Below, in pieces: positions 1 through 10,025 of a stretch of DNA of 64,000 nucleotides. The stretch spans positions 64,453-128,452 of the forward strand of contig CAVTWJ010000020.1 of NCBI GenBank assembly GCA_963738405.1, written 5' to 3'. This stretch comes from a candidate division FCPU426 bacterium (GTDB taxonomy: Bacteria; Oederibacteriota; Muellerivitia; Muellerivitales; Muellerivitaceae). Under the pieces are notes generated by a model that saw only the letters and a program-made list of their open reading frames with translations, searched no databases and was not told the DNA's origin. The first letter of the stretch is position 1, and every line of letters starts with the position of its first letter. Position numbers and translations under genes: made by a program.

Positions 1-693
1 GCACTCTATTTCGCGGGTGCCGACTCCATTAATTCAATCCTCCAGGGATGCTTGGTCAAGGGCGGGCGCATTATTTTTAACGACTGCTCGCCTACGATTA
101 CCCAATGCGCCATCTATGGCTCAAAAACCGGTGTGGAAGTTCTATCCAATTCCCAGGCCCAGATCGTTGGGAACCGGATCACGGCCAATGGGGTTGGTAT
201 CGCCCTTTTATCCGACACGTCCAGCCCTGTTATTTCCAAGAATGAAATTTACAACAATAATTTCGGGATTTACTTCAAGGACTTTGGGATGCCCATGATT
301 TCCAACAATCAAATTTATAATAATTTAAAGTACAACATGGTCAATTATTCGGCTAAAACTTTGGCGGTTCCCAATAACGATTTTCGTTTCGCGGACGCCC
401 AGCAAATTATGCGGACCATTTATGACGGCGCCTACAACCCAAGCTACGGGCGGTTGAATTTCCTGCCCTATGTTGGAATGGCCGCCGGCCAAGCGGCTCC
501 CGCCGTGGCTTCCGCCGCGGTAAGCCAGGCCCAACCCGAGGTTCAAGAGGAAGATTTCTGGAGTTATGGCCGGCCCTTCGATGCCATGAAGGTCAGCAAC
601 CTGGATTCCAAGAAACAAAAACCCTCGAGCGCCATCAAAATTCTTGCTGTCGGGGCCACGGCGGTTGTAACCGTCGTTCTCCTTTTCCTCTAG
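1..693 (+). CDS. Right-handed parallel beta-helix (NosD/PbH1-like) protein with C-terminal hydrophobic anchor; 5'-partial
   Basis: Frame 1 is open from base 1. It has repeated 'SxPxIxxNxIxxNxxGI' beta-helix units and ends in KILAVGATAVVTVVLLFL. Confidence 0.7.
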   Translation, partial: ALYFAGADSINSILQGCLVKGGRIIFNDCSPTITQCAIYGSKTGVEVLSNSQAQIVGNRITANGVGIALLSDTSSPVISKNEIYNNNFGIYFKDFGMPMISNNQIYNNLKYNMVNYSAKTLAVPNNDFRFADAQQIMRTIYDGAYNPSYGRLNFLPYVGMAAGQAAPAVASAAVSQAQPEVQEEDFWSYGRPFDAMKVSNLDSKKQKPSSAIKILAVGATAVVTVVLLFL

Positions 694-876
694 CCCGCCC
701 GATTCGCCTGGGCGTCTAAAAGACAGGCTTTTTCCTTTGGCCGGGAAGACTCCCGGCCACCCCATAAAAAATGTGTAACAGAGGCGGGCGCATTGATCCT
801 AACGCTGGTTTTAACCGTTGGTTTAAAACTAGTTTTGGATGAATAAAGAGAATTAATTCATTTTTTGGAATTCCAT

Positions 877-1242
877 ATGTACCTGGAAAAACGCAAAGAA
901 AACAGGGTTCTATTATCCCTTCCCGTTCGGTTTAAAACATTCAATCTCGAGCGTCTGCCCGAGGAAGTGAAAGACGACCAGCTGGATCAAAAGGCCCAGA
1001 TTCAGGATTTAAGTCTGGGGGGGCTCCAGGTGCTTTCGGCGGTCCGTTTAAACGAGGGGGATGTCTTGGAACTAGAAATGGATATCCCCGGCAAAAAAAC
1101 AGCCCGGTCGGTGGCGAAGGTGATGTGGAGCCGGGAAGTGCCCCCGGGAGGGTCCTGGTATTGCGGAATCCATTTTATCCCGGTCAACGATGAGGATTTG
1201 TCGGACGTGCGTGATTTTTTTGAGTCCGGAAAAGGTGTTTGA
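877..1242 (+). CDS. PilZ domain protein (c-di-GMP receptor candidate)
   Basis: RxxxR (RKENR) and DxSxxG (DLSLGG) motifs are present, as is 'AKVMWSRE...GIHF'. Start is ATG 877 (TTG 865 is possible). Confidence 0.85.
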   Translation: MYLEKRKENRVLLSLPVRFKTFNLERLPEEVKDDQLDQKAQIQDLSLGGLQVLSAVRLNEGDVLELEMDIPGKKTARSVAKVMWSREVPPGGSWYCGIHFIPVNDEDLSDVRDFFESGKGV

Positions 1243-1616
1243 TGTTCTCTCCCTCGGAAAAACCCAGGGCTATTCGGGTTCCAGTCCGCATCCCCATGAG
1301 GGTGCGCTTGTTGAGCTCGCCGATGGGGGAAAAGCCCGAGCTTGAACTTCACAATGGGAATAATTTGATGTCCAACCTGAGCCGGTCCGGTTTTTTCCTT
1401 TCCACCAAGAATTTTTTTGAGATAGGGTCCCATTTAGAGGTGGAATTCCCATTGGAAAACCTGGAAGAGGTGCTTCGAGCCGAAGTGGCGGTGGTTCGGG
1501 CCAACCATCAAAATTTCCCCAATCAGGGGCGCTTCGAATATGGTTTGAAGTTTTCAGGGATGCACCCCCATTTCCGGGAAGTCTTGAACAGTTATTTGAC
1601 CGTTTTTGGGGCGTAA
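1239..1616 (+). CDS. PilZ domain protein, RxxxR degenerate
   Basis: Contains NLSRSG, 'AEVAVVR' and 'YGLKF'. The N-terminal motif reads PRAIR. Overlaps the upstream PilZ gene. Confidence 0.8.
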   Translation: MMFSPSEKPRAIRVPVRIPMRVRLLSSPMGEKPELELHNGNNLMSNLSRSGFFLSTKNFFEIGSHLEVEFPLENLEEVLRAEVAVVRANHQNFPNQGRFEYGLKFSGMHPHFREVLNSYLTVFGA

Positions 1617-1651
1617 AAACGGCGATTCAGTCGCCGAAAGGCATCCTTTCG

Positions 1652-1680
1652 TTGCCTGCCGATACCCCCCGTGCTAGAAT
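1652..1680 (+). promoter_or_regulatory. sigma70-type promoter for the skp-lpx operon
   Basis: TTGCCT-17bp-TAGAAT with an extended -10 TG; SD AAGGAG precedes ATG 1711. Confidence 0.55.
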
Positions 1681-1710
1681 CCAGCCTTAATTTTTTCACA
1701 AGGAGATTCC

Positions 1711-2229
1711 ATGCGTTTCATTTCGATGTTTTTAGCCGCTTTCCTCGCAGCTGGTTTGTCTTTCGCTGGAGATGTCAAAATCGCGACTGTCGATCTGTCC
1801 AAACTTCTAAAGGATTATCCCGGAAGCCAAAAGGCGATGGATAAGCTTCAGGACATTGGCAAAAAGAAATACAAAGAATTGGTCCCGATGCAGGATGAGT
1901 TGAAGGATATTCAAAACGAGCTTCAAAACAACAGCTCGGTTCTTTCCAAAAAGGATAAGGAACAAAAGAAGGAGTTGCTGGAGATGAAATACGAGCAATT
2001 CCAGAAGGCCAAGTCCCAGGTGGATGTGGAGATCCAGGGCAAAGAGGATGAGATGACCCAGGAAGTGCTGGGTGAAATCAAGGATATCGTCGGTAGCGTG
2101 GCCAAGGACAAGGGTTACGATTTGGTGATGGACGCCAAAACCACGGCCTATGCCAAGGGCGGGGTGGATTTAACGGACGAGATCGAAAAAGACTCCAAGT
2201 TTACGGCCGACAAGGCGGACTCCAAGTAA
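1711..2229 (+). CDS. skp: OmpH/Skp periplasmic chaperone
   Basis: Signal peptide, KIATVD, a coiled-coil body and 'KDKGYDLVMD...DLTDEI'; lies upstream of lpxD. Confidence 0.9.
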   Translation: MRFISMFLAAFLAAGLSFAGDVKIATVDLSKLLKDYPGSQKAMDKLQDIGKKKYKELVPMQDELKDIQNELQNNSSVLSKKDKEQKKELLEMKYEQFQKAKSQVDVEIQGKEDEMTQEVLGEIKDIVGSVAKDKGYDLVMDAKTTAYAKGGVDLTDEIEKDSKFTADKADSK

Positions 2230-2251
2230 ACGGGGAGGGTAGGGATATTCC

Positions 2252-3289
2252 ATGGCTTTATCCTTCACCCTTGAGCAATTAGCAAAAGAAATTGGGGCGG
2301 CCTTCACGGGAGATGGTTCCATCTCCCTTCATGGTTTGGCTCCCCTGGATTCGGCGCAGGAGGGATATTTATCCTTCCTGACGAATCTGAAATACTCAAA
2401 ACTGGCTGAGACCACCCGGGCCTCAGCCATTCTTTTAGAAAAACCCCTCGCGGGCGTTTCAAAGCCGTTCCTCCTCATCCCTAACCCCTACGCGAAACTT
2501 CCCAGACTCATCCAAATGTTTTATCCCCCTTCTCCTCAAGAACCGGGGATTCAAGAAGGGGCCTGGGTTCATCCGAAAGCGACGGTGGATCCCTCCGCTA
2601 CCCTCTATCCCGGAGTCGTAGTGGCCGCGGGGGCCAAGGTGGGAGCCCGAAGCTTGCTTTATCCAGGGGTTTTCCTTGGGCAGGACGCTCAGGTAGGTGA
2701 GGATTGCATCCTTTATTCCAACGTTACCGTGCGGGATAGATGCCTGTTGGGAAACCGAGTGATCCTCCAGCCGGGGGTGGTCATCGGCGGGGATGGGTTT
2801 GGTTTCGCGCCGGATAAGGGAAGCTATGAGAAAATACCCCAGGTTGGGAATGTGGTTTTAGAGGATGATGTTGAATTGGGATCAAATACCTGTGTGGATC
2901 GTGCGGCCCTGGGTTCCACCCGTATCGGCAAGGGCACCAAACTGGACAACCTGGTTCAGATTGGGCACAACGTGGTGATCGGTGAAAACACGATTATTGT
3001 TTCCCAGACCGGAATTTCGGGTTCTACCCAAATCGGCAACCATGTCGTCATGGGCGGCCAGGTGGGCTTGGCAGGCCACCTGAAGATCGGGGATCACGTG
3101 ACCTTGGCCACGCGCACGGGGGTGATGGAAGACATCCCGGAAAAGGGCGTCTATTGGGGTTCGCCCTCCGGCCCCATGGCCGTTGAGATGAAAAATGTGG
3201 CGGCTTACCGTCAGCTTCCTGATATGGTTAAGCGCCTACGCCGGCTGGAAAAAGCCATCGAAAGAATTGAGAAGGGCGAAAAAGCATGA
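2252..3289 (+). CDS. lpxD: UDP-3-O-acylglucosamine N-acyltransferase
   Basis: Hexapeptide repeats, GGDGFGFAP, KIPQVGNVV, KLDNLVQIGHNV. Confidence 0.96.
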   Translation: MALSFTLEQLAKEIGAAFTGDGSISLHGLAPLDSAQEGYLSFLTNLKYSKLAETTRASAILLEKPLAGVSKPFLLIPNPYAKLPRLIQMFYPPSPQEPGIQEGAWVHPKATVDPSATLYPGVVVAAGAKVGARSLLYPGVFLGQDAQVGEDCILYSNVTVRDRCLLGNRVILQPGVVIGGDGFGFAPDKGSYEKIPQVGNVVLEDDVELGSNTCVDRAALGSTRIGKGTKLDNLVQIGHNVVIGENTIIVSQTGISGSTQIGNHVVMGGQVGLAGHLKIGDHVTLATRTGVMEDIPEKGVYWGSPSGPMAVEMKNVAAYRQLPDMVKRLRRLEKAIERIEKGEKA

Positions 3290-4593
3290 GACCCCAGAGA
3301 ACCCTTGCCAAGCCGGCTCGGTTCGAGGGCCGGGGCCTGCATACCGGTAAAACCGCCCAAATTACGGTCTTGCCGGCCCCGGAAGATTCCGGCATATCCT
3401 TCTATCGGACCGATCTTCAGGCTCTTATCCCCCTGACCCCCATGGGAGTTACCAGCACCGCGAGGGGAACCACCTTGAGCGGCGAAAAGGGGGCCAGCGT
3501 CCATACCGTGGAACATCTTCTTTCGGCGGTCAAGGGGATGTTTTTGGACAACCTAACGATTGAGATTGATTCGGAGGAAGTGCCGATTATGGACGGCAGC
3601 GCGGAGCCCTTTTACCGCGGGATGGAAGCCAGCGGTGTGGTGGATCAGTCGAAAATGACGGACCCGATAAGGGTCACGGAACCTTTTGAGATGTCCTTTG
3701 GTGATATTCAAGTGATGGCGGAGCCCGCTGATGAATTGGAATTGAATTGCCATGTTTCCTTTCCTTCGCCGGGGCTGGAAAACCAATTTTTTCGTTTCCG
3801 TCTCGAAAAGGGATCCTTTGAAAGCCAGTTATCCCGCGCCCGAACCTTTTGTTTTGAGGAAGAGGTGGAGGCGCTCCGCCGACAAGGATTGATCAAAGGC
3901 GGGGACTTAAACTGCGCCCTGGTCATCGGTAAAACCGGGATTTTGAACCCACCGCTTCGTTTTGAGGACGAGATCGTGCGCCACAAAACGCTCGACCTCC
4001 TGGGCGATTTGGCGTTGTTGAATAGGCCCCTTCTGGCCAAGATTACGGTTAAAAAGGCCGGCCATCGGTATCACGTGGAGCTGGCGAAGGCTATTTTCCA
4101 AAAATTCGGCAAGGGACAGGAAGCGTCCGGCGCCCCTAAGGGAGAAGCGAAGATGCTCAATATTATGGCGATTCAAAAGGCCCTGCCGCACCGGTATCCT
4201 TTCCTTCTGATTGATCGGGTGTTGGAACTGGAAGAAAAAAGGGTTGTGGCGATCAAGAATGTGAGCATCAACGAACCCTTTTTCCAGGGGCATTTTCCGG
4301 GACACCCCATCATGCCGGGCGTGCTGGTCATCGAGGCGATGGCCCAAGCGGGAGGGATGATTTTTCTTCATAACAGCGACGGCAAGAAAATCCTTTATCT
4401 GGCGGCGGTGGACAAGGCGAAATTCCGAAAACCCGTCGTTCCGGGGGATCAAATCCGCTTCGAGGTCGAGGTGCTGGTGTTGAAATCCAAAGTCGGAAAA
4501 ATAGCGGGCAAGGCCATTATTGACGGGAAAGTGGCGGTTCAAGCTGAACTCACCTGTGCCATCGTGGACAGGGACGAAATACCCCAGGAATAA
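3286..4593 (+). CDS. lpxC/fabZ: Bifunctional LpxC deacetylase / FabZ dehydratase fusion
   Basis: LpxC motifs [23 protein letters not shown] and AGH are followed in frame by FabZ motifs [13 protein letters not shown] and [22 protein letters not shown]. Confidence 0.95.
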   Translation: MRPQRTLAKPARFEGRGLHTGKTAQITVLPAPEDSGISFYRTDLQALIPLTPMGVTSTARGTTLSGEKGASVHTVEHLLSAVKGMFLDNLTIEIDSEEVPIMDGSAEPFYRGMEASGVVDQSKMTDPIRVTEPFEMSFGDIQVMAEPADELELNCHVSFPSPGLENQFFRFRLEKGSFESQLSRARTFCFEEEVEALRRQGLIKGGDLNCALVIGKTGILNPPLRFEDEIVRHKTLDLLGDLALLNRPLLAKITVKKAGHRYHVELAKAIFQKFGKGQEASGAPKGEAKMLNIMAIQKALPHRYPFLLIDRVLELEEKRVVAIKNVSINEPFFQGHFPGHPIMPGVLVIEAMAQAGGMIFLHNSDGKKILYLAAVDKAKFRKPVVPGDQIRFEVEVLVLKSKVGKIAGKAIIDGKVAVQAELTCAIVDRDEIPQE

Positions 4594-4596
4594 ACC

Positions 4597-5382
4597 ATGG
4601 CCGATCCGCAAACTGAAATTCACCCGACCGCCCTTGTTCACCCAAAGGCCCAGTTAGGATCGGGCGTGAAGGTGGGACCCTACGCCATCGTTGATGAACA
4701 TGTGAAAATAGGGGATGGAACCACGATTGGGCCCCATGCCATTGTTACAGGCAGGACCACCCTAGGGCGAAAAAACCGAGTTTTTTCCGGCGCGGTGATT
4801 GGAAGCGAACCCCAGGACGTGAAATTTCATGGGGAAGAAACCTTTCTGGTCATTGGCGATGAAAACCTCTTTCGGGAACATGTCACGGTCAACCCCGGGA
4901 CGGGAGAGGGCAGCAAGACGGTTATCGGCGACGACAATTGGTTTATGATTCAAACGCATGTGGGCCATAACTGCGTTATTGGAAGCCATAATAAGCTGGC
5001 GAATTTGGCCACCCTGGGAGGCCATGTGGTCATTGAAGACTATGCCACCATCGGGGGCGTGACCCCGGTTCATCAGTTCTGCCGGGTGGGTTGTTACGCC
5101 ATGATCGGCGGGGGATTCCGCGCCGTCCAAGACGTCGTTCCCTACATGATCGCCGGGGACGAACCTCTCAGAATCCATGGGATCAACCAGGTGGGTTTGG
5201 AACGCAACGGGTTTACGAAAGAAACGATCGAAGTTCTCAAGAAGGCCCATAAGGTCATTTTTCGAAACAACCTCATCCTGAAGGAGGCCCTAAAGGCCCT
5301 CCAAGAGGATTTTCCACAACTGCCTGAAATCAAGCACTTGATCGAATTCCTTGGCTCCTCCCAACGCGGCATTGTCCGTTAA
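4597..5382 (+). CDS. lpxA: UDP-N-acetylglucosamine acyltransferase
   Basis: IHPTALV, PQDVKF, HVGHNC, VHQFCRVG. Confidence 0.96.
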   Translation: MADPQTEIHPTALVHPKAQLGSGVKVGPYAIVDEHVKIGDGTTIGPHAIVTGRTTLGRKNRVFSGAVIGSEPQDVKFHGEETFLVIGDENLFREHVTVNPGTGEGSKTVIGDDNWFMIQTHVGHNCVIGSHNKLANLATLGGHVVIEDYATIGGVTPVHQFCRVGCYAMIGGGFRAVQDVVPYMIAGDEPLRIHGINQVGLERNGFTKETIEVLKKAHKVIFRNNLILKEALKALQEDFPQLPEIKHLIEFLGSSQRGIVR

Positions 5383-5385
5383 GCC

Positions 5386-6195
5386 GTGAAATCCATCGAA
5401 CCCATCGGTTTGGTCGCAGGAGCGGGCGGTCTTCCTCTTTACTTCGCGCAAGCGGCTCAAAAGAATGCCCAGCCCCTTTATCTGTTCGCAATCAAGAATG
5501 CGGCTGACCCCCGGCTAGAAGCTTTTTCCGAGGAAACCCGATGGGCTTCTCCCGGCCAGGTCGGATCCCTGATTTCCTTTTTTAAAATAAATAACGTCCA
5601 TCAATTGGTTTTTCACGGCAAGGTTCAACATGCGTCTTTTTTTAAAAACATCCGCTTGGATTGGAAAGGACTTTCTCTTTGGTCCAAATCGGCGGACAGG
5701 TCCGGGCCGGGATTGCTGAAAAGGCTTGGTGAGGAACTTGAAAAAGAAGGTCTGCGGGTTTTGGATGGCCGATACGAAATGGGTGATCTGTTGGTGAAAA
5801 AGGGATTTTTGACCCGAACCCGACCTCCGAAAAATGCAATTCCACATTTAGATAAAGGGCTTGGTCAAGCACGGGCCCTCGCCAAACTGGGGATTGGACA
5901 GTCCATTGTGATCAAATCCGGGGCTGTGGCGGCCGTGGAGGCCATGGAAGGCACGGACGAAACCCTTTTACGGGCGGGGAAATTGTCGGGCAAGGGAACG
6001 GTTTTGGTAAAGACGGCCAGCCCGAATCAAGATTGGCGCTTTGATGTTCCGACCATCGGGTTGGAGACCCTTCAAAATCTCGCGAAGATCAAAGCTTCGG
6101 GTTTGGTTATGGAAGCTGGAAGAAGCTTTCTTTTGGACAAAGAAAAAACCCTGCAATTTGCCGAGTCTAAAAAAATATTCATTTTTGCAGTCTGA
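5386..6195 (+). CDS. lpxI: UDP-2,3-diacylglucosamine pyrophosphatase LpxI
   Basis: GLVAGAGGLP, IGQSIV, AVEAMEGTD, QDWRFDVPTIG; lies downstream of lpxA. Confidence 0.9.
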   Translation: MKSIEPIGLVAGAGGLPLYFAQAAQKNAQPLYLFAIKNAADPRLEAFSEETRWASPGQVGSLISFFKINNVHQLVFHGKVQHASFFKNIRLDWKGLSLWSKSADRSGPGLLKRLGEELEKEGLRVLDGRYEMGDLLVKKGFLTRTRPPKNAIPHLDKGLGQARALAKLGIGQSIVIKSGAVAAVEAMEGTDETLLRAGKLSGKGTVLVKTASPNQDWRFDVPTIGLETLQNLAKIKASGLVMEAGRSFLLDKEKTLQFAESKKIFIFAV

Positions 6196-6270
6196 GAAAA
6201 ATCGGGTAAAAGTCAGTTTTGGGGAATTGGAAGAAGCCCTTTTTCTCTTAAGGGTTCCAACGGTATTCGG

Positions 6271-7359
6271 TTATTGGTTTCGCCTTAAGATCAGCACCGG
6301 TCCCATGATTCCAAAAACCAGATTGATGCTCCAAATCGCTATAAAGGGGGGGACCACCCCCGAGTCCCCGAGGGTGTGACCGATCTGCATCCCGCCGATG
6401 TAAGCCAGACCCACCAAAAGACAAATCCCGAAACTGGCAACCACCCCGCTGTATTTGCCCATGGACCAGCCCCATGGAACTCCCAGGAGAGCTAAGATCA
6501 AGCATCCGAATGGAAAGGCCAGCTTGTTGTGCAGTTCCACTAGTTCTTTGTGGCAATCCAATCCGTTGCGTTTCAATTGCTGAATATGGACGGCCAGCTC
6601 GGCGATGGATAATTCGGATGCGTCTTTTTGATCCTTCATGAAATCGGATGGTTTTTCGGGCAAATCCATCGAGGTTTGGTCGAAAGATTGCGCTGAAATT
6701 TCGTCATCGTTTCCGTTAAAGGTTCGAAGGTAGCCGTTTGTGAAAATCCATTTGCCGTCCTGGTAATGGGCGCTTGCCGCGTCAAGCCGTGATTTTAAGT
6801 GAGACGCGTTATCGAACTGAAGAATCAACACATCTGTCATTTGGTTCTTAGAACCATCGAAGGTGCCAATGTGGTAGAGGGCGTTTTCCCCGCCCCTGAG
6901 GGATAGGTTTTGTTTGAAGGTTTCCATGGAGGCTTCGGTTTTATGCTCAATCTCGACCTCTTTCGTTTGGCGCTCCATTTGATTGGCCTTCGGCACCACC
7001 ACTTCCGAAAAAAGAAGGCTGCCGATACAAATGGCGATTCCCATGAAGAAAAAGGGTATGGCGGCATGGTAGATGCTGGCCCCGCCGGCTCTCATGGCGA
7101 TCAGTTCGCTGGTTTTGGCCAAACCGCCCAGTGAGATAAGGACCGCGAAAAGAACGGCCAGGGGGAAAATCATCTGTATCAGCGATGGAACCTGGAAAAT
7201 GAAATATTTGAAAGTGAGCCAAAGGCCTGGGTGGGAATTCAGTATAAAGTTGATATCTTCCAATACTTTCGCGATCAAGATCAGAACCGTGAACCCGGTG
7301 AGCGCCAGGAAGAGCCAGATTAAAAATTGATGAAGGATATATCGGGTAAGGATTTTCAA
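6271..7359 (-). CDS. lptG: LPS export ABC permease LptG
   Basis: YjgP/YjgQ architecture, 'SELIAMRAGGAS', 'KLAFPFGCLILALLGVP'. Confidence 0.88.
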   Translation of the reverse strand: MKILTRYILHQFLIWLFLALTGFTVLILIAKVLEDINFILNSHPGLWLTFKYFIFQVPSLIQMIFPLAVLFAVLISLGGLAKTSELIAMRAGGASIYHAAIPFFFMGIAICIGSLLFSEVVVPKANQMERQTKEVEIEHKTEASMETFKQNLSLRGGENALYHIGTFDGSKNQMTDVLILQFDNASHLKSRLDAASAHYQDGKWIFTNGYLRTFNGNDDEISAQSFDQTSMDLPEKPSDFMKDQKDASELSIAELAVHIQQLKRNGLDCHKELVELHNKLAFPFGCLILALLGVPWGWSMGKYSGVVASFGICLLVGLAYIGGMQIGHTLGDSGVVPPFIAIWSINLVFGIMGPVLILRRNQ

Positions 7360-7363
7360 TGAC

Positions 7364-8527
7364 TTAATGTCCCTTTTTTAAATGCTTTTTTTGACGGCCC
7401 CGGTTCGGTGAGGCTTGCGCCCGGAAAGCGGATTGCTCTGAAACAACCAAGTAATAGATAAAAAAGCCCGCCCCGACTAAGAGGATATTGCCGCCCCAAA
7501 TTCCGGTCATGAGGCTGATGTAATCCTTTTGGGCCAAAATATCCCCCAAGGTAAACATGAGGTAATAGACGAAGATCATGACGAGTCCAAGAACAAATCC
7601 GATAAAACCCTTGGACCGGATCCACAGGCCCAGGGGAGCGCAAAACCAGGTGAGCGCAAGGCAGGCAAAGGGCAGGGAAAGGCGTTTTTGGTACTCCATT
7701 TGCATCCGCTTTTTTAGGACCGGGTCCGGGGTGGTGTCGATGGAGCGTCCTAATTCACTTAAATCTTGATCTTCATATTCCTTTTTAACGTCCGACATTT
7801 GGGCGAGTTGATTTTCCAAATTGAGGCGGATGATGTAGCGGTCAAAGTAGAGTCGGTTGTAGGTTTGCCCATTGGTGTTGACCCAGGTCATCAAACCATC
7901 GTCCAATTGAAATGACATCTGCTGGGTTTTGGGGTTCGGGACAAGGAGGCCATGCTGGGCCAGGGTGGTTTGGACAGGCGCGTGGGGTGAAACACGGTTG
8001 AACATATGCACGTTGGCGAAGGTGCCGTTGGGGGCGAGTTGGTCAATGTAAAACTGGTACCCCTCAAAAAGATCGATGAATACTTTTTCTTTGATGGCCA
8101 TGTCGGCGCGGTTTTGAAGGATTTTGAAATGGATTTTCTTAAAGGTGAAGTTGGCCGCGGGAAGCAGCTTGTCGTTGAAGAATATCAGCAGACAAGTTAA
8201 GAGGGCTCCGAAAACCAGCAGGGGAAGAATTAAGCGGAACAAGTGAACCCCCGCGCTTTTGAAGGCTGTCACTTCCATATCCGAGCTCATTCGGCCGAAG
8301 GCCAAGAGGGTCGCCATCATCAGGGACATGGGGACGGTGGTTGAAAAAACGAATGGAACCAAACTGAGATAAAGCAACAGGGTATCGCCAAGAGGGGCTT
8401 GTTTATTGATCACCAGATCCAGAAGGACAAATACTTTATTGGTCATGAAAAGAAGAGTGAGGATGGTCACGCTTAATGCGAATGGAGGCAGGGTTTCCAA
8501 TAAGACATAACGATAAACGGTCTTCAA
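7364..8527 (-). CDS. lptF: LPS export ABC permease LptF
   Basis: 'FGRMSSDMEVTAFKSAG' and 'RLSLPFAC'. Probable start is TTG at 8527 (LKTVYRY) after AAGGTG, rather than 8629. Confidence 0.88.
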   Translation of the reverse strand: MKTVYRYVLLETLPPFALSVTILTLLFMTNKVFVLLDLVINKQAPLGDTLLLYLSLVPFVFSTTVPMSLMMATLLAFGRMSSDMEVTAFKSAGVHLFRLILPLLVFGALLTCLLIFFNDKLLPAANFTFKKIHFKILQNRADMAIKEKVFIDLFEGYQFYIDQLAPNGTFANVHMFNRVSPHAPVQTTLAQHGLLVPNPKTQQMSFQLDDGLMTWVNTNGQTYNRLYFDRYIIRLNLENQLAQMSDVKKEYEDQDLSELGRSIDTTPDPVLKKRMQMEYQKRLSLPFACLALTWFCAPLGLWIRSKGFIGFVLGLVMIFVYYLMFTLGDILAQKDYISLMTGIWGGNILLVGAGFFIYYLVVSEQSAFRAQASPNRGRQKKHLKKGH

Positions 8528-8876
8528 AAAGGCACCTTTGGAGGAAGGCTCTCGATAAAAAGGCGCCTTCGGAATTGGAAAAGAATTGAGCGGGCCCTCC
8601 AAGAGGGGTCTCGAAGGGCAGTATAACATGCCGCAAGGATGGTGAACCGGATGAGGAGTTAGGCGTCCATTCGGGGCCGCTATCCGACGAATGGGTCGAA
8701 GTCAGCGGTTCTGAACCCGAGAGCAAGATATGCTTATATTATGTGAAAAGCTGGCGGCTTAAATCCTATCGAGGAAACGCCGGGGGGTTGTTATGATTTT
8801 TGCTCGGCATCGAGGAGATATTCCGGTTCAATGGACCGTGAAACCGCGCTTTTATTTCAAGGGTCTGGAAGAGTTC

Positions 8877-10025
8877 ATGAGTGAAGCCTGGAACCGTTTT
8901 TTTTCTCTCGACTTTGAGGAGCATTTTGCCCGTTCCTCGCTGAGATTGCTGGGGGTTTGGAACCCCCTTTGGACTTTCTTCGTGGGGCTTTTTTGGGGGG
9001 AGTGGGAGTTAGGTTCTTTTTTATTCCGCTGGGTCTGGGGGTTGGCCGAATCAACACTCGCCACCCTTGTCGCTTTACTGGTCATGGCACTATTCCGCTG
9101 GGCGGACCGCCGGGGATGGTGGAAAGCCCTGCCTTTCTTGGGACATCCTGGGGGCGGGCGGTATCTCATCCTCATGGCGGCCCTGGTTCCGCCTGGAATT
9201 ATCCTGGCCCTGAGCGGAATGGTGGGGGCGATTAACCTGTTTTTTCCCGGGGATCCCATGGCCGCCCAATTCCACTGGGGCTATTACGGGAAGGGGGTTT
9301 TTGGCGGCTGGCTGTTGTTGCTGGTGTTTTTCCTTTTTAAATCCTGGCAGGACACGAGGGACGAGGCGAGGCTCAGTCAGTTGAGGGCCAGGGAATTGGA
9401 GAAAGAGCGTCTCCAAGCCCTATTGAACCAACTCAAGGATCAGATGAACCCGCATTTCCTCTTTAATACGCTCAACACGGTCGCGGCGCTGATTCCTGAA
9501 AATCCCGCCAAGGCGGAACTGGTGGTGGTGAAACTTTCAACCCTCTTTCAGGGCATATTGGCCTCAACCCGCAGGACCCACCATCCTCTCGCCAAGGAAT
9601 TGGAGTTTTGCGGGGATTACCTTGAGATTGAACAGGTTCGGTTTGGGACCCGATTGAATTGGAAGGTGGAGCTGGACCCGAATTTGGACGCTCAAAAAAT
9701 CGAGATTCCGGTGCTCTTACTTCAACCGATCGTCGAAAACGCCGTCAAACACGGCCTTTCCTCCCTAGCGGCGGGCGGGACGGTTTGGATCAAGGCTTTG
9801 ATCCATGAAGAATCATTGGAACTAACCGTTGAGGATGATGGCGTGGGTTTTGGGAAGTCGCCTTACTCAGGCTCCGGAACCGCCCTAGGCAATTGCCGTA
9901 AGCGGCTTGAACTCGCCTATGGCCCACAGGGCAGTTTGACGATTCAAACGAGGGAAAGCGGCGGCACCCAAGTAACAATGAAATTGCCCGCCTTATCCGC
10001 GGGAAAGTTTGGAGGGGAAATATGA
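8877..10025 (+). CDS. LytS/YehU-family membrane sensor histidine kinase
   Basis: Hydrophobic N-terminus, QMNPHFLFNTLN, LQPIVENAVKHG, VEDDGVG. Start is uncertain (8793 or 8877). Confidence 0.92.
   Translation: MSEAWNRFFSLDFEEHFARSSLRLLGVWNPLWTFFVGLFWGEWELGSFLFRWVWGLAESTLATLVALLVMALFRWADRRGWWKALPFLGHPGGGRYLILMAALVPPGIILALSGMVGAINLFFPGDPMAAQFHWGYYGKGVFGGWLLLLVFFLFKSWQDTRDEARLSQLRARELEKERLQALLNQLKDQMNPHFLFNTLNTVAALIPENPAKAELVVVKLSTLFQGILASTRRTHHPLAKELEFCGDYLEIEQVRFGTRLNWKVELDPNLDAQKIEIPVLLLQPIVENAVKHGLSSLAAGGTVWIKALIHEESLELTVEDDGVGFGKSPYSGSGTALGNCRKRLELAYGPQGSLTIQTRESGGTQVTMKLPALSAGKFGGEI

Noticed and set aside
8630..8790. LytTR direct-repeat binding sites in the lptF/lytS divergent region
   Set aside because: CCATTC/CGGTTC-like words exist but not at a consistent ~21-bp period.
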